Assembly (NCBI GenBank): GCA_035084275.1
Contig: CM068744.1
Coordinates: 27,838,001 to 27,902,000, forward strand
Reading direction: 5' to 3'
DNA: 64,000 nucleotides
Origin: Hydrolagus colliei
Taxonomy: Eukaryota
Shown here piece after piece: positions 10,730-22,546 of the stretch; positions within the stretch are counted from its first letter, which is position 1; each line of letters begins with the position of its first letter. The notes under the pieces were generated by a model. It saw nothing but the letters and a program-made list of their open reading frames with translations. It was not told the origin of the DNA and searched no databases. The translations under genes were made by a program, and so were the position numbers.

Positions 10730-11097
10730 ACATTTCACACAAAGGATATACTGTAATAGGATATGCAACATGTGGCCAGCCATAAATGATTATTGGCCAA
10801 GTTAAATCATTTCAAAATGAAGTAATAAAAACAGAAGTCGCTGGGAAGATGCTACAGGTCAGGCAGCACCTATGGAGAACGGAAATTGAGTAAATGTCTT
10901 GGGTCAAGGACCTGACCAGCGACTTCTGTTTTTATTTCAGATTTCCAGCATTCGTGGTATTTTGCTTTTTGTCAAAATGAAGTAGATGGATGCTTGAAGA
11001 ACAGATATTTAAAACTGGAAAGAAAATGTGATTAGAGCAGACAGCTCCAATGGGAACGAGCATGGTATATCAACAATATGCTCAATGGCCTCCTATA
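10730..11097 (+). mobile_element. Old CR1 3' fragment interrupted by a Penelope-like insert
   Basis: GGAAGAAACATTTCACACAAAGG..TTCAAAATGAAGTAGATGGATGCTTGAAG..AATGGCCTCCT resembles the other CR1 3' ends in the window. Confidence 0.55.
10825..10971. mobile_element. Penelope-like terminal fragment with inverted arms and 13-bp TSD
   Basis: TCAAAATGAAGTA at 10812-10824 and 10972-10984; perfect 21-bp inverted repeat 10824-10844 / 10916-10936; homologous to 20124-20259. Confidence 0.7.
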
Positions 11098-11147
11098 TGG
11101 AAATCACTATAATTTCAATGTGATTTTGCTATACAGAATGCTGGTGT

Positions 11148-11660
11148 AACAGCAACAACAACAACAACAACAAATTACACTTATAAAGCACCTTTCACGT
11201 CGGGAGGACGTCCCAAGGCGCTGCACAGGAGGTGTGTGAACCGAGCTGGGAGGGGAGTGTATGGGAAGGGGTGAAACAAGTAGGGGAGGTCGAAAAATTC
11301 GGGGTGGAACAAAAGGCACGGTCGAAGAGGAAAGTCTTCAAACCGGCCTTGAAAGAGGAAAGGGAAGAAACGAGATGGAGGGATTGGGGGATGGAATTCC
11401 ATAGGGTCGGAGCAGAAAAACTGAAGGCCCGGCCTCCGATGGTGGGGCGGTTCGGACGGGGGGCTTGGAGCAGGCCAAGTCCTGCTGAACGGAGGGTCCG
11501 GGTGGGCTTGTAGGGGGAGAGTAAATTGGTTAAATAGGGCGGGGCAAGGCCATGTAAGGCCTTGAAGGTAAGGACGAGGATCTTGAACTCGATCCTCTGG
11601 AGGATGGGGAGCCAGTGGAGACGGGCGAGGGTGGGGTTATGTGGTCGCGGAGGCGGGTGC
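11148..11660 (-). mobile_element. Young 5'-truncated L2 LINE (ORF2 C-terminus, 3' stem-loop, (TTG)n tail)
   Basis: Uninterrupted LHWLPILQRIEFKILVLTFKALHGLAPPYL..RTLRS..GGRAFSFSAPTLWNSIP..FKAGLKTFLF; CpGs retained; (TTG)n tail. Confidence 0.93.
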
Positions 11661-12665
11661 GGGATAATACACGCAATAATACACATAATTCAATCTACGG
11701 GATTGCTGTTCCAGTGCACTTTAATTGCAGTTACGAAAATTACCATAGGTCAGAGTGACTCAACTCAAATAGGTGGCTGGAATTGCTATTTATAACTCAA
11801 TTTCTGAATCGTTTGTTATTACATGCCAATATTATACAAATAAGTCCCACCTTCCTCATTTGGCATCCGTGCATATGGATAGAAATTTCCCGGTTGTTGA
11901 GGTTTCTGACACAATATCTAAAATGTTCCTTCTTTCTCCATCTTTGTTCTATTAATATAAATTTCTCTCTCTCTACCATGTTGATTTTACAAACTGTTAT
12001 TTCGGGACAGAATGGGACTCAAGTGGATTAATTTGATGCCTGCAGGGTAGATCTTATGGTGAATTGAAATATATTGTAACAGATTCAATATCTCTAAGGT
12101 AAACATATGCGTGGCAGATAATAAAGTTAAGATATCAGCGGGGGTTCAGAAAAATCAAATCCTGAATGTTTCAGGCATTTCTGCATTAACAAAATATGAA
12201 AGGGCACAGTAAGGTTCCAGATGGTTATTAATTACACTTCTGTTTTTTAAATTAAAAAAATTAAATAGAGGATTCAATGGATCTGCTGTTAAAAATGTTT
12301 GAAATTACTGAGCATCATGTAATTATTAAACTGTTGTAACACAATAAGTCATTGCAAGGGATATCTCTGAACATTCTCTTATCTTCTGCCGTTATAAAGT
12401 ACAGTAATTAATAATAAGTCAATAGTTTGTGTATACATCAACAACAACAAAATTACACATGTATAGTGCCTTTCATGTTAGGAGGACGCCCCAAGGTGCT
12501 CGACAGACATTGTTTCAGACCTGAGATGGGGTTGTAACATTTTGTCACTTATACAGTGCAGCTGAAACTAGTGGGTGTTTTTATTACAGTTCTCTTATAT
12601 AAAATTAGCTTTGTTTTGGTAGGAATATCATAATTTTCACTGCTTGATAGCATGAAATTCCAGTC

Positions 12666-12974
12666 ATAATAATAATCCTTGTATTTGATATAGCACTTTT
12701 CACGTCTTCTAGATGTCTCAAAGTGCTTCACAGAATATACTGTAAAGTGAATTGACTGTATATATGTGGATGAAATGTGGCAGCCAATTGCACACAGAAG
12801 TATCTCACAAACAGTTGTGGATTGAGATAAATAATATATTATTATTTTTCCTGAGTGATTATTGTTTGGCGTGTTGAGTGAGGAAACTTGCCTAAGGTTT
12901 CACCCTGCCTGGAATCGAACCCAGGTCTCCCGCTTGTAAAGTGAGTGCTCTAAACCACTGAGTTACAAGACTCC
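12666..12974 (-). mobile_element. tRNA-derived SINE, short subfamily
   Basis: Full head, body and (TTA)n tail on the minus strand; lacks the internal block of about 65 bp. Confidence 0.9.
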
Positions 12975-13078
12975 ACAGTAGATGCAATTGCTGATTTATG
13001 GACAAAATCTATATTGCTGCCAGTATATTTTGATATGAAATTCCACCGAGTGTTACCTCATAAAATCATTTTGTCTTA

Positions 13079-13140
13079 CAACAACAAAATTACACTTGTA
13101 TAGCGTCTTTCACATCAGGAGGATGTCCCAAGGCGCTGGA
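13079..13140 (-). mobile_element. 62-nt L2 3'-end insertion with 9-bp TSD
   Basis: TTTGTCTTA at 13070-13078 and 13141-13149; insert is only the terminal stem-loop and (TTG)n tail. Confidence 0.85.
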
Positions 13141-14559
13141 TTTGTCTTAGAATTTAAGATTGAGTGGAATTGTGACAAATTCTTAAATTCAACCTTAACT
13201 TGGAAACCATATTTCCACATTACTTAAAAAGACTCAAATATTTTCCACAATTTTACTATTTACTACATTGTAATATATAATTGTCTGACAGGGTAAAACA
13301 AGGTTGAATTTCAGACCAGTTATCTCTATGTTTTATTGATAGTATTAATAAATGAGGGATATAAAGAAATTATACAGAATTAAATATATTTTGAAAGTTA
13401 CAACCTCTCTGTAGATGTAACTTCTTTGCAACTTCTCTTTTTGGCAGAAAAGTTTTAAATATGCATTTTGTATTCAAAACGGAAAGCTGGCTTTACTGAA
13501 TAATTGTTGCTCCATAAAGTCCTCACTCTATTGTCATCATATTACTGTAAATCTAAAACACAGATTTTCTTACTCAGAGTTTGAATCTTATTGCATTGGG
13601 CTGCCACTGTTCGCCAACAAATACACAGTCACTCCGCAGAACAATACTGTGAAGTGCTTTGGGATGTCCTCCCAATGTGAAAGGGTGAATGAATACCAAA
13701 AGAAAGGATTATTATTATGCACAAAAATTTATTGGAAGCATAAGTAACACATATGAAAATAGCACAACCCTGGATGTGACTTAATTAGAAAGCCGACCTT
13801 CAAATGTGGGAAAAGATACACAGAGAAAAAGCCGCTTCCTTTCACAATCAATATACAATCCGTTGTGTCATGATTCTACCCAATCTCATGTAATTGGCTG
13901 AATGTTACTGTATATACTCACCAGTAATCTACTTTCCTGGGGACAATTAATTCTGGATTGCTTCCTGGGCCAGTTGAAACCATTCATCCCCGCTAAAGTA
14001 ACATAGAATATCTGAGAAATGCACACAGCATCTCCACAATCAATGAAATCACCTGGGTAGCAAAGGATAGAAGGTAGATCACCACAATGTTTGAAAACTG
14101 AGGTCAATTCAACAAGGGTGAAAACATTCCTTCATTATTTTTTTATTTTGTGGTGTAAATATGTGGAACTCTTAGTCTGGTTTGGATATTCTGAAGCATA
14201 GTGATGGGTTTTTCCAGACATCTAGTCCATCACCATAAAAATGGGCAGCACTTTGAACAGAAAATGTTCTGCCTCAGCTTTCCTTCCCCTTTAAAGAAAA
14301 AGAGCTTTAAAATCATATAGGAAAAAATCTGCAGAGTGCAACTGCTTATTCCTGTTGTTAATGCTGGCTGGTACTCTACCAATTAGCTTGTTCAAAGAGA
14401 GCGTTAGAAGTGTTTATAGGATTAGTACAGACACAGATGATCAAATAGTCCATGGAGAGTTATGGTTAGTGTCCTTTAGGACATAAAAATGTCACGTGAC
14501 AAATGCAATTGGTGAGGCTGAATAAGATGGTTTGCTATTTAAGTCTAATATACTGTGCA

Positions 14560-14830
14560 CCAGCCTGGTGTAGTGGCAGCATTCTTGCCTCTAAGTAAAT
14601 CAGGTTGTGGGTTCAATCCCCACACCAGGACTTGGAATCACATAGTTTAAGTTGACACTCCAATGCAGTGCTGGGGGGGCGATGTTGCATTGTAGGAGGT
14701 GCTGTCCTTTGGGTGAGACATTAAACTGAAGTCAGGCCTGCCGATCCAGGTGGATGTTAAAGATCCCCAGGCAATATTTGAAAAGAGTACCGAGTTTCTC
14801 CTGGTATCCTGGCTAACAATCCCCCAAATA
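14560..14830 (+). mobile_element. Old Deu-domain-type SINE (SacSINE1/AmnSINE1-like)
   Basis: tRNA-like head, then GGAGGTGCTGTCCTTTGGGTGAGACATTAAAC..GGTGGATGTTAAAGATCCC..TCCTGGCTAACAAT. Further copies near 1300-1385(-), 9125-9335(-), 24250-24410(-), 29885-30120(-), 32988-33120(+), 36260-36510(+), 38050-38370(-), 41350-41630(-), 46545-46750(+). Family name is from recalled consensus. Confidence 0.7.
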
Positions 14831-14913
14831 AAATCGGTGCTGTTTAAATCACTCTATAGAGGTAATTTTTGAGTGGTTTCCAGCCAGACCATTATCACTT
14901 CCACGTGATATAT

Positions 14914-17157
14914 CAGGGCCGTACGCAGGATTTTTTTTGGGGGGGTGCGAATTGCTAGTGATGGGACCAACAATGGCCGGCGGCTTGGGGGCTGCCCCTG
15001 AGGCCCCCTCGAGGCTCCGACGTTTTACACAGTTTGAGGTCTTATTTAATCGGTTCAGAAGATCCAATATGAACGGTAAATGTTTCATGCCCTTGGTGTT
15101 TAAGAGCATCATTATTTATTCAGTGTTTTTATTTTCCCCGGTAGTCCGTGCCTAATTGGGAAGGTCGAATATGTTCGCCGATAAAAGCAAACACGATTGC
15201 TGACTCGATGATGTAAGGAATGCGAACGATAAAGTAAATTACAATCCAATTAACACAGTACAATGACGAATGCTTGATAAATGTATGCGTATAGAGAAAA
15301 TGATCATAAACTACAGATTGACGGTAATTAATAAGTTGTTCTGCATTGTTATCCTAAGACTAAATTTCTTTCGGACTGTAATGAACACTAATGTAAGAGT
15401 AAAGTATGAATTATGTGCTCAGATATTCCAGCAAAGCAAATTTTATAAAAGACAAGAAAATATACAGAAACTGAAAATCAGTGTAAAACAGTTAATTCGC
15501 ACGTGTTACAAGCCTGTTATCAGCATTATCCTGAAAATATCGTTGAACTGTGAGCAATAGTGTAGTTAGTTTTTATTTATTTATTTAGAATCAAAATTAA
15601 AGGAAGTGACCCATCAAGCAATACTGATCTGACGAAAAAATACTTGAAAAAATAAGGGAGGGGAAATTAATTCTTTAATAGCGTTCCGTATTCGAGACGC
15701 CTCGGTCGCTTTGAAGCGAATACGTCAACCGCTCTACCAATATCGATTTCCATATTATAATGAATGTGCATTAACGCGAGGGCTGAAAGTCGCTCCTATA
15801 CGGAGCAGAATGCTGGACACTTAGGCAAACCTCGACCAGGAGATTAGGTGACTCGTGAGGTATATACCAGGCTTCTAAGAGACGCCCTGAACGTTTACTG
15901 GCGACAGCATCTGACAAATAGCTATATGGTACACTACCACACTGGTATCACAGACATTACTGCAGAGGCGTCTTAGGTTTAGCGGACATAGCTGGAGAAG
16001 CCGGGAGGAAACTGTCCATAGTCTTACTATCCTATGGGAACCATTGCACGGTCACAGAACACGAGGTAGACCGACCCTAACCTACATCGATACTCTGGAG
16101 CGCGATTGGGGTATTGGCAGGCGGGAGTGTTCAGGCTGCATGGAGAGAAGGGATCAGTGGAGAAGTGTGGTTGTCAATGCCCGAGTTCGCTCGATCGGAT
16201 GACGGTGAAACTATTTTTATGCCAAATTCGTGCGACATTGATTTTTTTCACTCTGGGTACAAAACTGAATGTGAAATAAAGTCGCACTGTTTATCTTTGC
16301 GGTCATATGTTTTTTGCATGCCAGTGGACGTCTCTAAAAGCAATTTTTAATTGCAGGAATACATTTTTAATAATATAAATCAAATGTGATAATCAAGACA
16401 AAACAAGAAACATGATATTTCAGAAACACGCCTATCAAAACTTAAGTCATTTTTACTTACATTTATCAGATTAAAATACGATTTCAGCTTCCACAAAGTG
16501 GTGCTACCTTTTTATGTAGTGACTGTATACGGGATGATTTCCGATTGACACACCACGTGGAATAGGCGCTAAAGCCTAGGCCTACGTCCATGAGTATCTT
16601 TTTTAAAGATAGGCATTCCCGTCCAGACACATATAACTTTTTTGTTGGGTTCTCAAAAGCTTTAATTTCTCAGAAGCTTGTAAACATGTTGTTATTGTTT
16701 GCTAGCATTACAGTCACACCTCTCAAAACTTGAGCAATTTTTACTTACGGTGATCAGATGAAAAGATGATTTTAGCTTCCAGAATTGGTGCTGCCCCTTG
16801 TGGCTGTTTACGGGATGATTTCCAAACGAGGATTTGAGTCTTGGCGCCTATGTTTATCCAATCACGAGTCACAGACTCGCCGCGTCATGGACTGGTCTAT
16901 CGACGCGGTATGTTTTGGGGAGACGCCGATTCTGGTGTTCGACTCGATAATTTTATATTAATACTAAATCATTCAAAGATGTGTGTTTATAATTTATACA
17001 TAGTTTTGAAGCACTGATTGTTACACAAATGCTCAATAAATTTACATGGTATTTAAATTTGATAAAAAATACAATTATCTACCCCGGAAAATGTGGACCT
17101 TTTATAATTTGGGGGGGTGCGTACGCACCCGTCGCACCCCCCCTGCGTACGGGCCTG
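14914..17157. mobile_element. Non-autonomous hAT-like TIR element, 2244 bp
   Basis: TIR CAGGGCCGTACGCAGG vs CAGGCCCGTACGCAGG (15/16); subterminal GGGGGGTGCG / CGCACCCCCC motifs; TATAT on both flanks; much higher CpG density than the flanks; no transposase ORF recognised. Confidence 0.85.
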
Positions 17158-17347
17158 TATATGAATGCATGTTACTTTTCTTAATATAATTGAGCATCCT
17201 AAAATAGTAGTTGGAGGCTGATATTCTGTCCATCAAGAATTTTCCCAAACCATTTTTAATAGTTTTATCAACCGTCCCAGTTGCACAAGTGATAATATCT
17301 AAAATGTTTGTTTTACATTGCTATATATGTCCATATCCAAAAAAATT

Positions 17348-17730
17348 GTGTAGATTAGTGGTTAGAGCATTTGCCTCACAAACGAGAAGACCTGGGTTCG
17401 ATTCCCAGCAGGACAAAACATTGGGCAAGCTTCGTTAATCCACACGCCTCTGTTTACCTAGCAGGAGGCAGGAACCCAGTTGTTGGTTGATTTATAGATT
17501 GCCTTTCTGGGAGAAATATTGCCTTCCAAAAAATGAATAAATACAAATTTGGTCTCTCAATCCGCAAGTGTTTCTGGGACACTGCTGTGCGCAATTGCCT
17601 GCTGCGTTTTGCTCACAAAATATACAGTCAATTCACTTTAGTATATTCTCTAAAGCTTTGTGAGACTTCTCGAAGACATGATAAGGTGCTATATTACATG
17701 CAGGGGGTTATTATTATTATTTATTATTAT
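17348..17730 (+). mobile_element. tRNA-derived SINE, long subfamily
   Basis: Head, internal CTCTGTTTACCTAGCAG..GGAACCCAGTTGTT block, (TTA)n tail. Confidence 0.9.
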
Positions 17731-18177
17731 TTCCTGGAGGTTCCCTCAGGTACCTTTGTGGATCAGGAGAAATCCTGCAGCTTCCTCATTTCGGACGTTT
17801 TGCTTGTGGTTATTTACCTCCCTTAGGAAATCAAATGAATCTGTGAATTAGTTCATTATATTAAGAAAAGCAAAGGTCTCCTGGAAGGAATTGGATTCTT
17901 AGGGCAGAATTGGCTTTTTGTGTTGTCTTGTGCTGTCTGGCAGGCAAACAGGAAGAGTTATTGCCTATTGCAGGTTACAGTACTACTAAAGAAAACTCAT
18001 ATGTATTTGGAACAATACTGTGACTCAGGTCCATTAGACACAAAACCTAAAATCAATTCACTTTATAATATATTCCGTGAAGTGCTTTGAGGCGTCTAGA
18101 AGATGTGATAAGACACTACACCATGGGTTAATCCTTGGCAAGGATTATTATCATTGGTCAATCCTCATCTGCATTTT

Positions 18178-18480
18178 GGAGTCCTGTAGCTCAATGGTTA
18201 GAGCACTTGAGACCTGTGTTCGAATCCAGGCAGGTCAGGGCGAAATAGGGCAGGTTTCCTTACTCCACACGCCTAATAATAATCCCATAATTTTTTTTAA
18301 AAAATTGGTCATTACAATCTACAACTGTTTGTGGGACTCTGCTGTGCACAATTGGCTGCCGTGTTTCACCCACAAATATACAGTCAAATTTACTTTACAG
18401 TGTATTCTGTGAAGCTCTTTGAGATGTCTAGAAGACATGAAAAGCGCTATATCAAATGCAAGGATTATTATTATTATTAT
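18178..18480 (+). mobile_element. tRNA-derived SINE, short subfamily (3' fragment just upstream at 18050-18150)
   Basis: GGAGTCCTGTAGCTCAATGGTTAGAGCAC head; AAAGCGCTATATCAAATGCAAGGA(TTA)n tail. Confidence 0.9.
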
Positions 18481-19039
18481 AAATGTGTTCATAGAATCAT
18501 GAAATGCAGGTATGTACAACAAGGCCAAGCCTCAATGTCAAAGGATAATATCCAGTATGTATTTATTGTTGTTGTTAAGTCACTCAAATAACTATTAGCA
18601 GCTAATGTTTAATTTATTTAAACAATCTATGAATCATATGTGAAATCCTTATCAAATTGGTTATTTGTACATAGTATTAATTTCAGCTAATGAACGTACA
18701 AGGTTCACAAGATGTTATCAATGTGACTTGACAGCATCAATGAAATACAAATTTTCATGTTTTAAAATTTGGGATCAACTCAGTTCCAATCTTAAATTCA
18801 TGGGTGGTGGGAGAGGAATCAATATTGCATTTGCATCCATTTCTAGATCTTGGATCCAAGCACATATAATAATGGACTTGCACCTCTCTATTCAGATAAG
18901 GGAATCTATCCATAGTATTACATAATTACATGTTATCACATGTTTGTCACACATTTATTATAGGATAAATACACTGTTATACATGAATAATGGAAAATAT
19001 AATATTTTTTTATAAATATAACAATAATTTTTTTGATAG

Positions 19040-19392
19040 AATAATCCTTTCATTTGATATAGAGCTATATCAAGTTTTCGAGGTGTCTCAAAACGCTTCA
19101 CAGAGTATACTCTAAAATTAATTGACTGTCTATTTTGTGAGTGAAACACAGCAGCCGATTGCACACAGCAGTGTCCCACAAACAGTCATGGGTTGAGCGG
19201 CCAATTAGTTTTTATTATTTTTTTGAAGGAATTATTACCCCCAGAAAAGTGATCTGCTGATCAACTAACAACTGGGTTCCTATTTACTGCCTGGTAAACA
19301 GAGGCGTGTGGAGTAAAGAAACTTGCCTAACATTTCACCGTGCCGGAAATCGAACCTTGCTTGCGAAGTGAGTGCTCTAACCTGAGTTACAA
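19040..19392 (-). mobile_element. tRNA-derived SINE, long subfamily
   Basis: Reverse-complement match to the 8457 and 17348 copies. Confidence 0.88.
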
Positions 19393-20123
19393 CATTGCCC
19401 CATAATCGAGCCCAAAGAATAATAGTCATGTTACGACAGTACTGCACTTGGAGTTAGGAGATTTATAATGATTTGTTGATTCAGTGATTCTAGGCTATAC
19501 AGGACATCGGCCACGTTTCGCCCACTACATACAGTCAATTTACTTTACAGTATATTCTGTGAAGTGTTTTGAGATGTTTAGAGGATGTAAAAAGCAGTAT
19601 ATCAAATGCAAGTATTATTAGTATTATTATCGGAAAATTTGGCTCCTGATACTTAACTAATTACCCAGAGTCTGATCGCCCGGTATGTGACAGTTTGGAC
19701 CAGCAAATCAACACCCAGAGTCAATGAGTGACAGCTAAATTGCCCAATCACAGCCTGGGTTCTATCCCCCCACTGTTTTAAGCCCAGGCAAAGTTTTTAA
19801 ACATGTGGAGGTCCTATCCTGAATCCACCTCCCCATCAGGGTCCCCATTTTATCTGATTTGGGGAGCCAGTTTTGGGGAGCCGGTTACTGATAGCTTACA
19901 ATCAGTAAGATGTAGTTGGCTAGTGATCTAGCCTCGGAAAGCTGCTGAATTAAATAATTTGTTTTCTTTGTTAATGACATTGTCAGTATGTTTGGCTGAC
20001 TATTAGGAAAAATATTTGTGTTTATCGGCCTTTAGCTTTCATTTTCAGTAGTCTCCACATCTGTGTGTTCACAAGGATTCAACCCAACACTAAAGGCCAC
20101 ATGGCCATCATAGATTCAATGGG

Positions 20124-20259
20124 AAACAAAAACAAAAATACTGCAGATGCTGGAAATCTGAAACAAAAACAGAAGTTGCTGGAAAAATTCAGCAGGTCAG
20201 GCAGCATCCATGGAGAAAGGAAAGTGGGTCAAAGTTTCGGGTCCACGACCCTTCAGCAG
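20124..20259 (-). mobile_element. Penelope-like terminal repeat fragment with degenerate hammerhead core
   Basis: Minus strand CTGcTGA-AGGGTC-GTG-GACCC-GAAAC..GATGCTGCCTGACCTGCTGAATTTTTCCAGCAACTTCTGTTTTTGTTTCAGATTTCCAGCATCTGCAG. Confidence 0.7.
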
Positions 20260-20506
20260 AGGAGACAAACAGATTGAATAGATAGACTAGATTGAATGGG
20301 TATTGTTTACCAGCAGGAATCAGACACCAACTCAAATCAGGGGAAACAGAGCTTCCCTCATAAATTCAGTATGAAGCATATCCCCTCCCCTCATACACCC
20401 CACATACACACACCCCATCACACCTCATAAATGGAGTACCAGGGATTAAGAGGGATATTTCTGCCTCCAGAATGTAAATGAATGACAAGACATGGTGAAC
20501 CATGAT

Positions 20507-20816
20507 GGAGCTCCTGTAGTTCAGCGGCATTCGCCTTACAAGTGTGAGACTTGTGTTTGAATCCAGGCAGATCAGGGCGAACTTTGTGCAAATTTCCTTG
20601 CTTAATACATGCTTAATAATAATCCATTCCCCTAAAAAAGTAATAAAAATTGGTCATTTTCAATCTACGACTGTTTGTGGGATACTGCTGTGCGCAATTC
20701 ACGCACAAAATCGACAGTCAATTCACTTTACAGTATATTCTGTGAAGCGCTTTGATACATCGATAAGATGTGAAATGCTCTATATCAAATGCCAGGATCA
20801 TTATTATTATTATTAT
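20507..20816 (+). mobile_element. tRNA-derived SINE, short subfamily
   Basis: Head, body and (TTA)n tail. Confidence 0.88.
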
Positions 20817-21629
20817 AAATTTGTAGGGAAGAACATTTTATCTGTGATGCTTCTGCCTCTGGTGCAGCTTTTGAGTTTGCATACAGCTGGACTAAAGAAA
20901 CACCACAGATAAAGTGAGCATACTGGATTTTGCCATAGCAATTTGAGGTAAAGGGCTAGTGTTCTTGAACTGAAGTTGCCAATCTCAGCATTCATGAATG
21001 AAGTCAAAACTGTCTCAATTCAGGCTACTTTGCATTTGAGCACAAAATACACAGTCACGAAGCGTTAAATAAAATTATATTGTTGTTCTTAAATTAATTT
21101 CAGTCTTTCTCCGTCCTATAATTTGCAGTTGTTCTGCAATTTCTGTGTTTATTTTAGCGACCTATAATTATTTCTGTTGCTAACTTTTGGCATAACTGCA
21201 TTGCATTTAATGGATTTAAAAACTTCTTTATTTCAATTGAGTACAACACCCAATAGAATTAAAAATAGTTCTGCTGTGGTTGCAAACAATGAAGTGCACT
21301 TTAATATCTGTAATGAGCCTGAAGAGTTTTGTTTAAAAAAAATGATAATAATGGTCAATGTTGTCTTTTTGAAGATGTGAGGGAATGGGCAAAACCAGTA
21401 AACTGGATAACTTTTATATGATTAAGTGGTTTATGAGATTTCATCGATATGTATACAAAAAACAATTGCCATTATCTTTCAGGCCAATTCAGTTCACATT
21501 TAAAAGATTGCATCATAAATCTTTTGTGGCTACCACTTGATCTATTCAATTATGCAAGCTAATGAATTGACTTCCTAAATTGGTTTTGTACAACGACACA
21601 ACTGAGTTGTAGCAGCAAAATCAGAATAT

Positions 21630-21820
21630 TAGTTTGGAAGGCAAACTGGATAGATCTTGATCTTCTTTCACCTCACAAATTCTTATCTTCTTATCTCTGG
21701 ATACAATATATAGTTTGGGACACAACAGGTTATTTGACTGCCAGGATGGTGGAATGCGAACTGGATGGACTTTGTCCTCCTTGTTTCGCCTTACAAATTC
21801 TTGAGTTCTTATGTTCTTAG
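21630..21820 (+). mobile_element. Two tandem CR1-type 3' tails
   Basis: AACTGGATAGATC..CAAATTCTTATCTTCTTAT and AACTGGATGGAC..CAAATTCTTGAGTTCTTATGTTCTTA resemble the TTCTTATG tail at 5853. Confidence 0.5.
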
Positions 21821-22546
21821 TTCAGTTTCATATTTTAAGAACATTTGAACATTTTACAGATAGACTATCTATATGCCGATTAAAACAAAATTCTAGGCTA
21901 ATGTTTAATTGTAGCATGGTACTGTAAGAAATAACTGAAAAAGAGTTTTCTGACGGAGATTGAAAAAGAACATGTTAGCTTCTTGACGTTGGAAAATAGC
22001 CTCAGGATGTAAAGTTCTCCTCCTTCAAGAAACTTCATTTAGAAACATGAGGTTGAGGTCTTGCAAGTTCGCATGATGTCTATGGTGTTCCCTGGATGAT
22101 GTGCTCTTCATATCCCGAGACAGAAACACTATAGTTTTTCCCTAATACTGTAGTGCTTTTTGAACCCGCTGTTTCTGAGCAACTGTTTAGTCCTTGGATT
22201 TATTCAGAACAAAGCTGTTCCTTTAGTATTAATTTAACAAGGTTTCATTTGCCATCAATAAAGCAGTTGCATGATAATTACTTAGGACGAACACAAGGAT
22301 TTTGCTGTATTGATTCTGAGGTCAATTTGTAACAACATAGCTGGAAAGACCAGATCTCAGTCAAACCATGAGATTAGAAGCTGTTTTGTTCCCACCAAGT
22401 TGTGATATATGGAATACATTCCCAACTAAAGCAAATTAATGCTACATTAATATCTTCGAAAAGAGACATGGATTATTATAGCAACACATTATTGAACGCT
22501 GTGGGGAACATAATGACTGAATTCTTAGGATGTTGAAAAGGTCAAA

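Noticed and set aside
11195-11686. 163-aa ORF as a host gene
   Set aside because: It is the L2 ORF2 C-terminus ending in the element's tail.
18178-18240. tRNA genes at the SINE heads
   Set aside because: Each continues into the SINE body, lacks a proper acceptor stem and terminator, and is mutated differently from the others.
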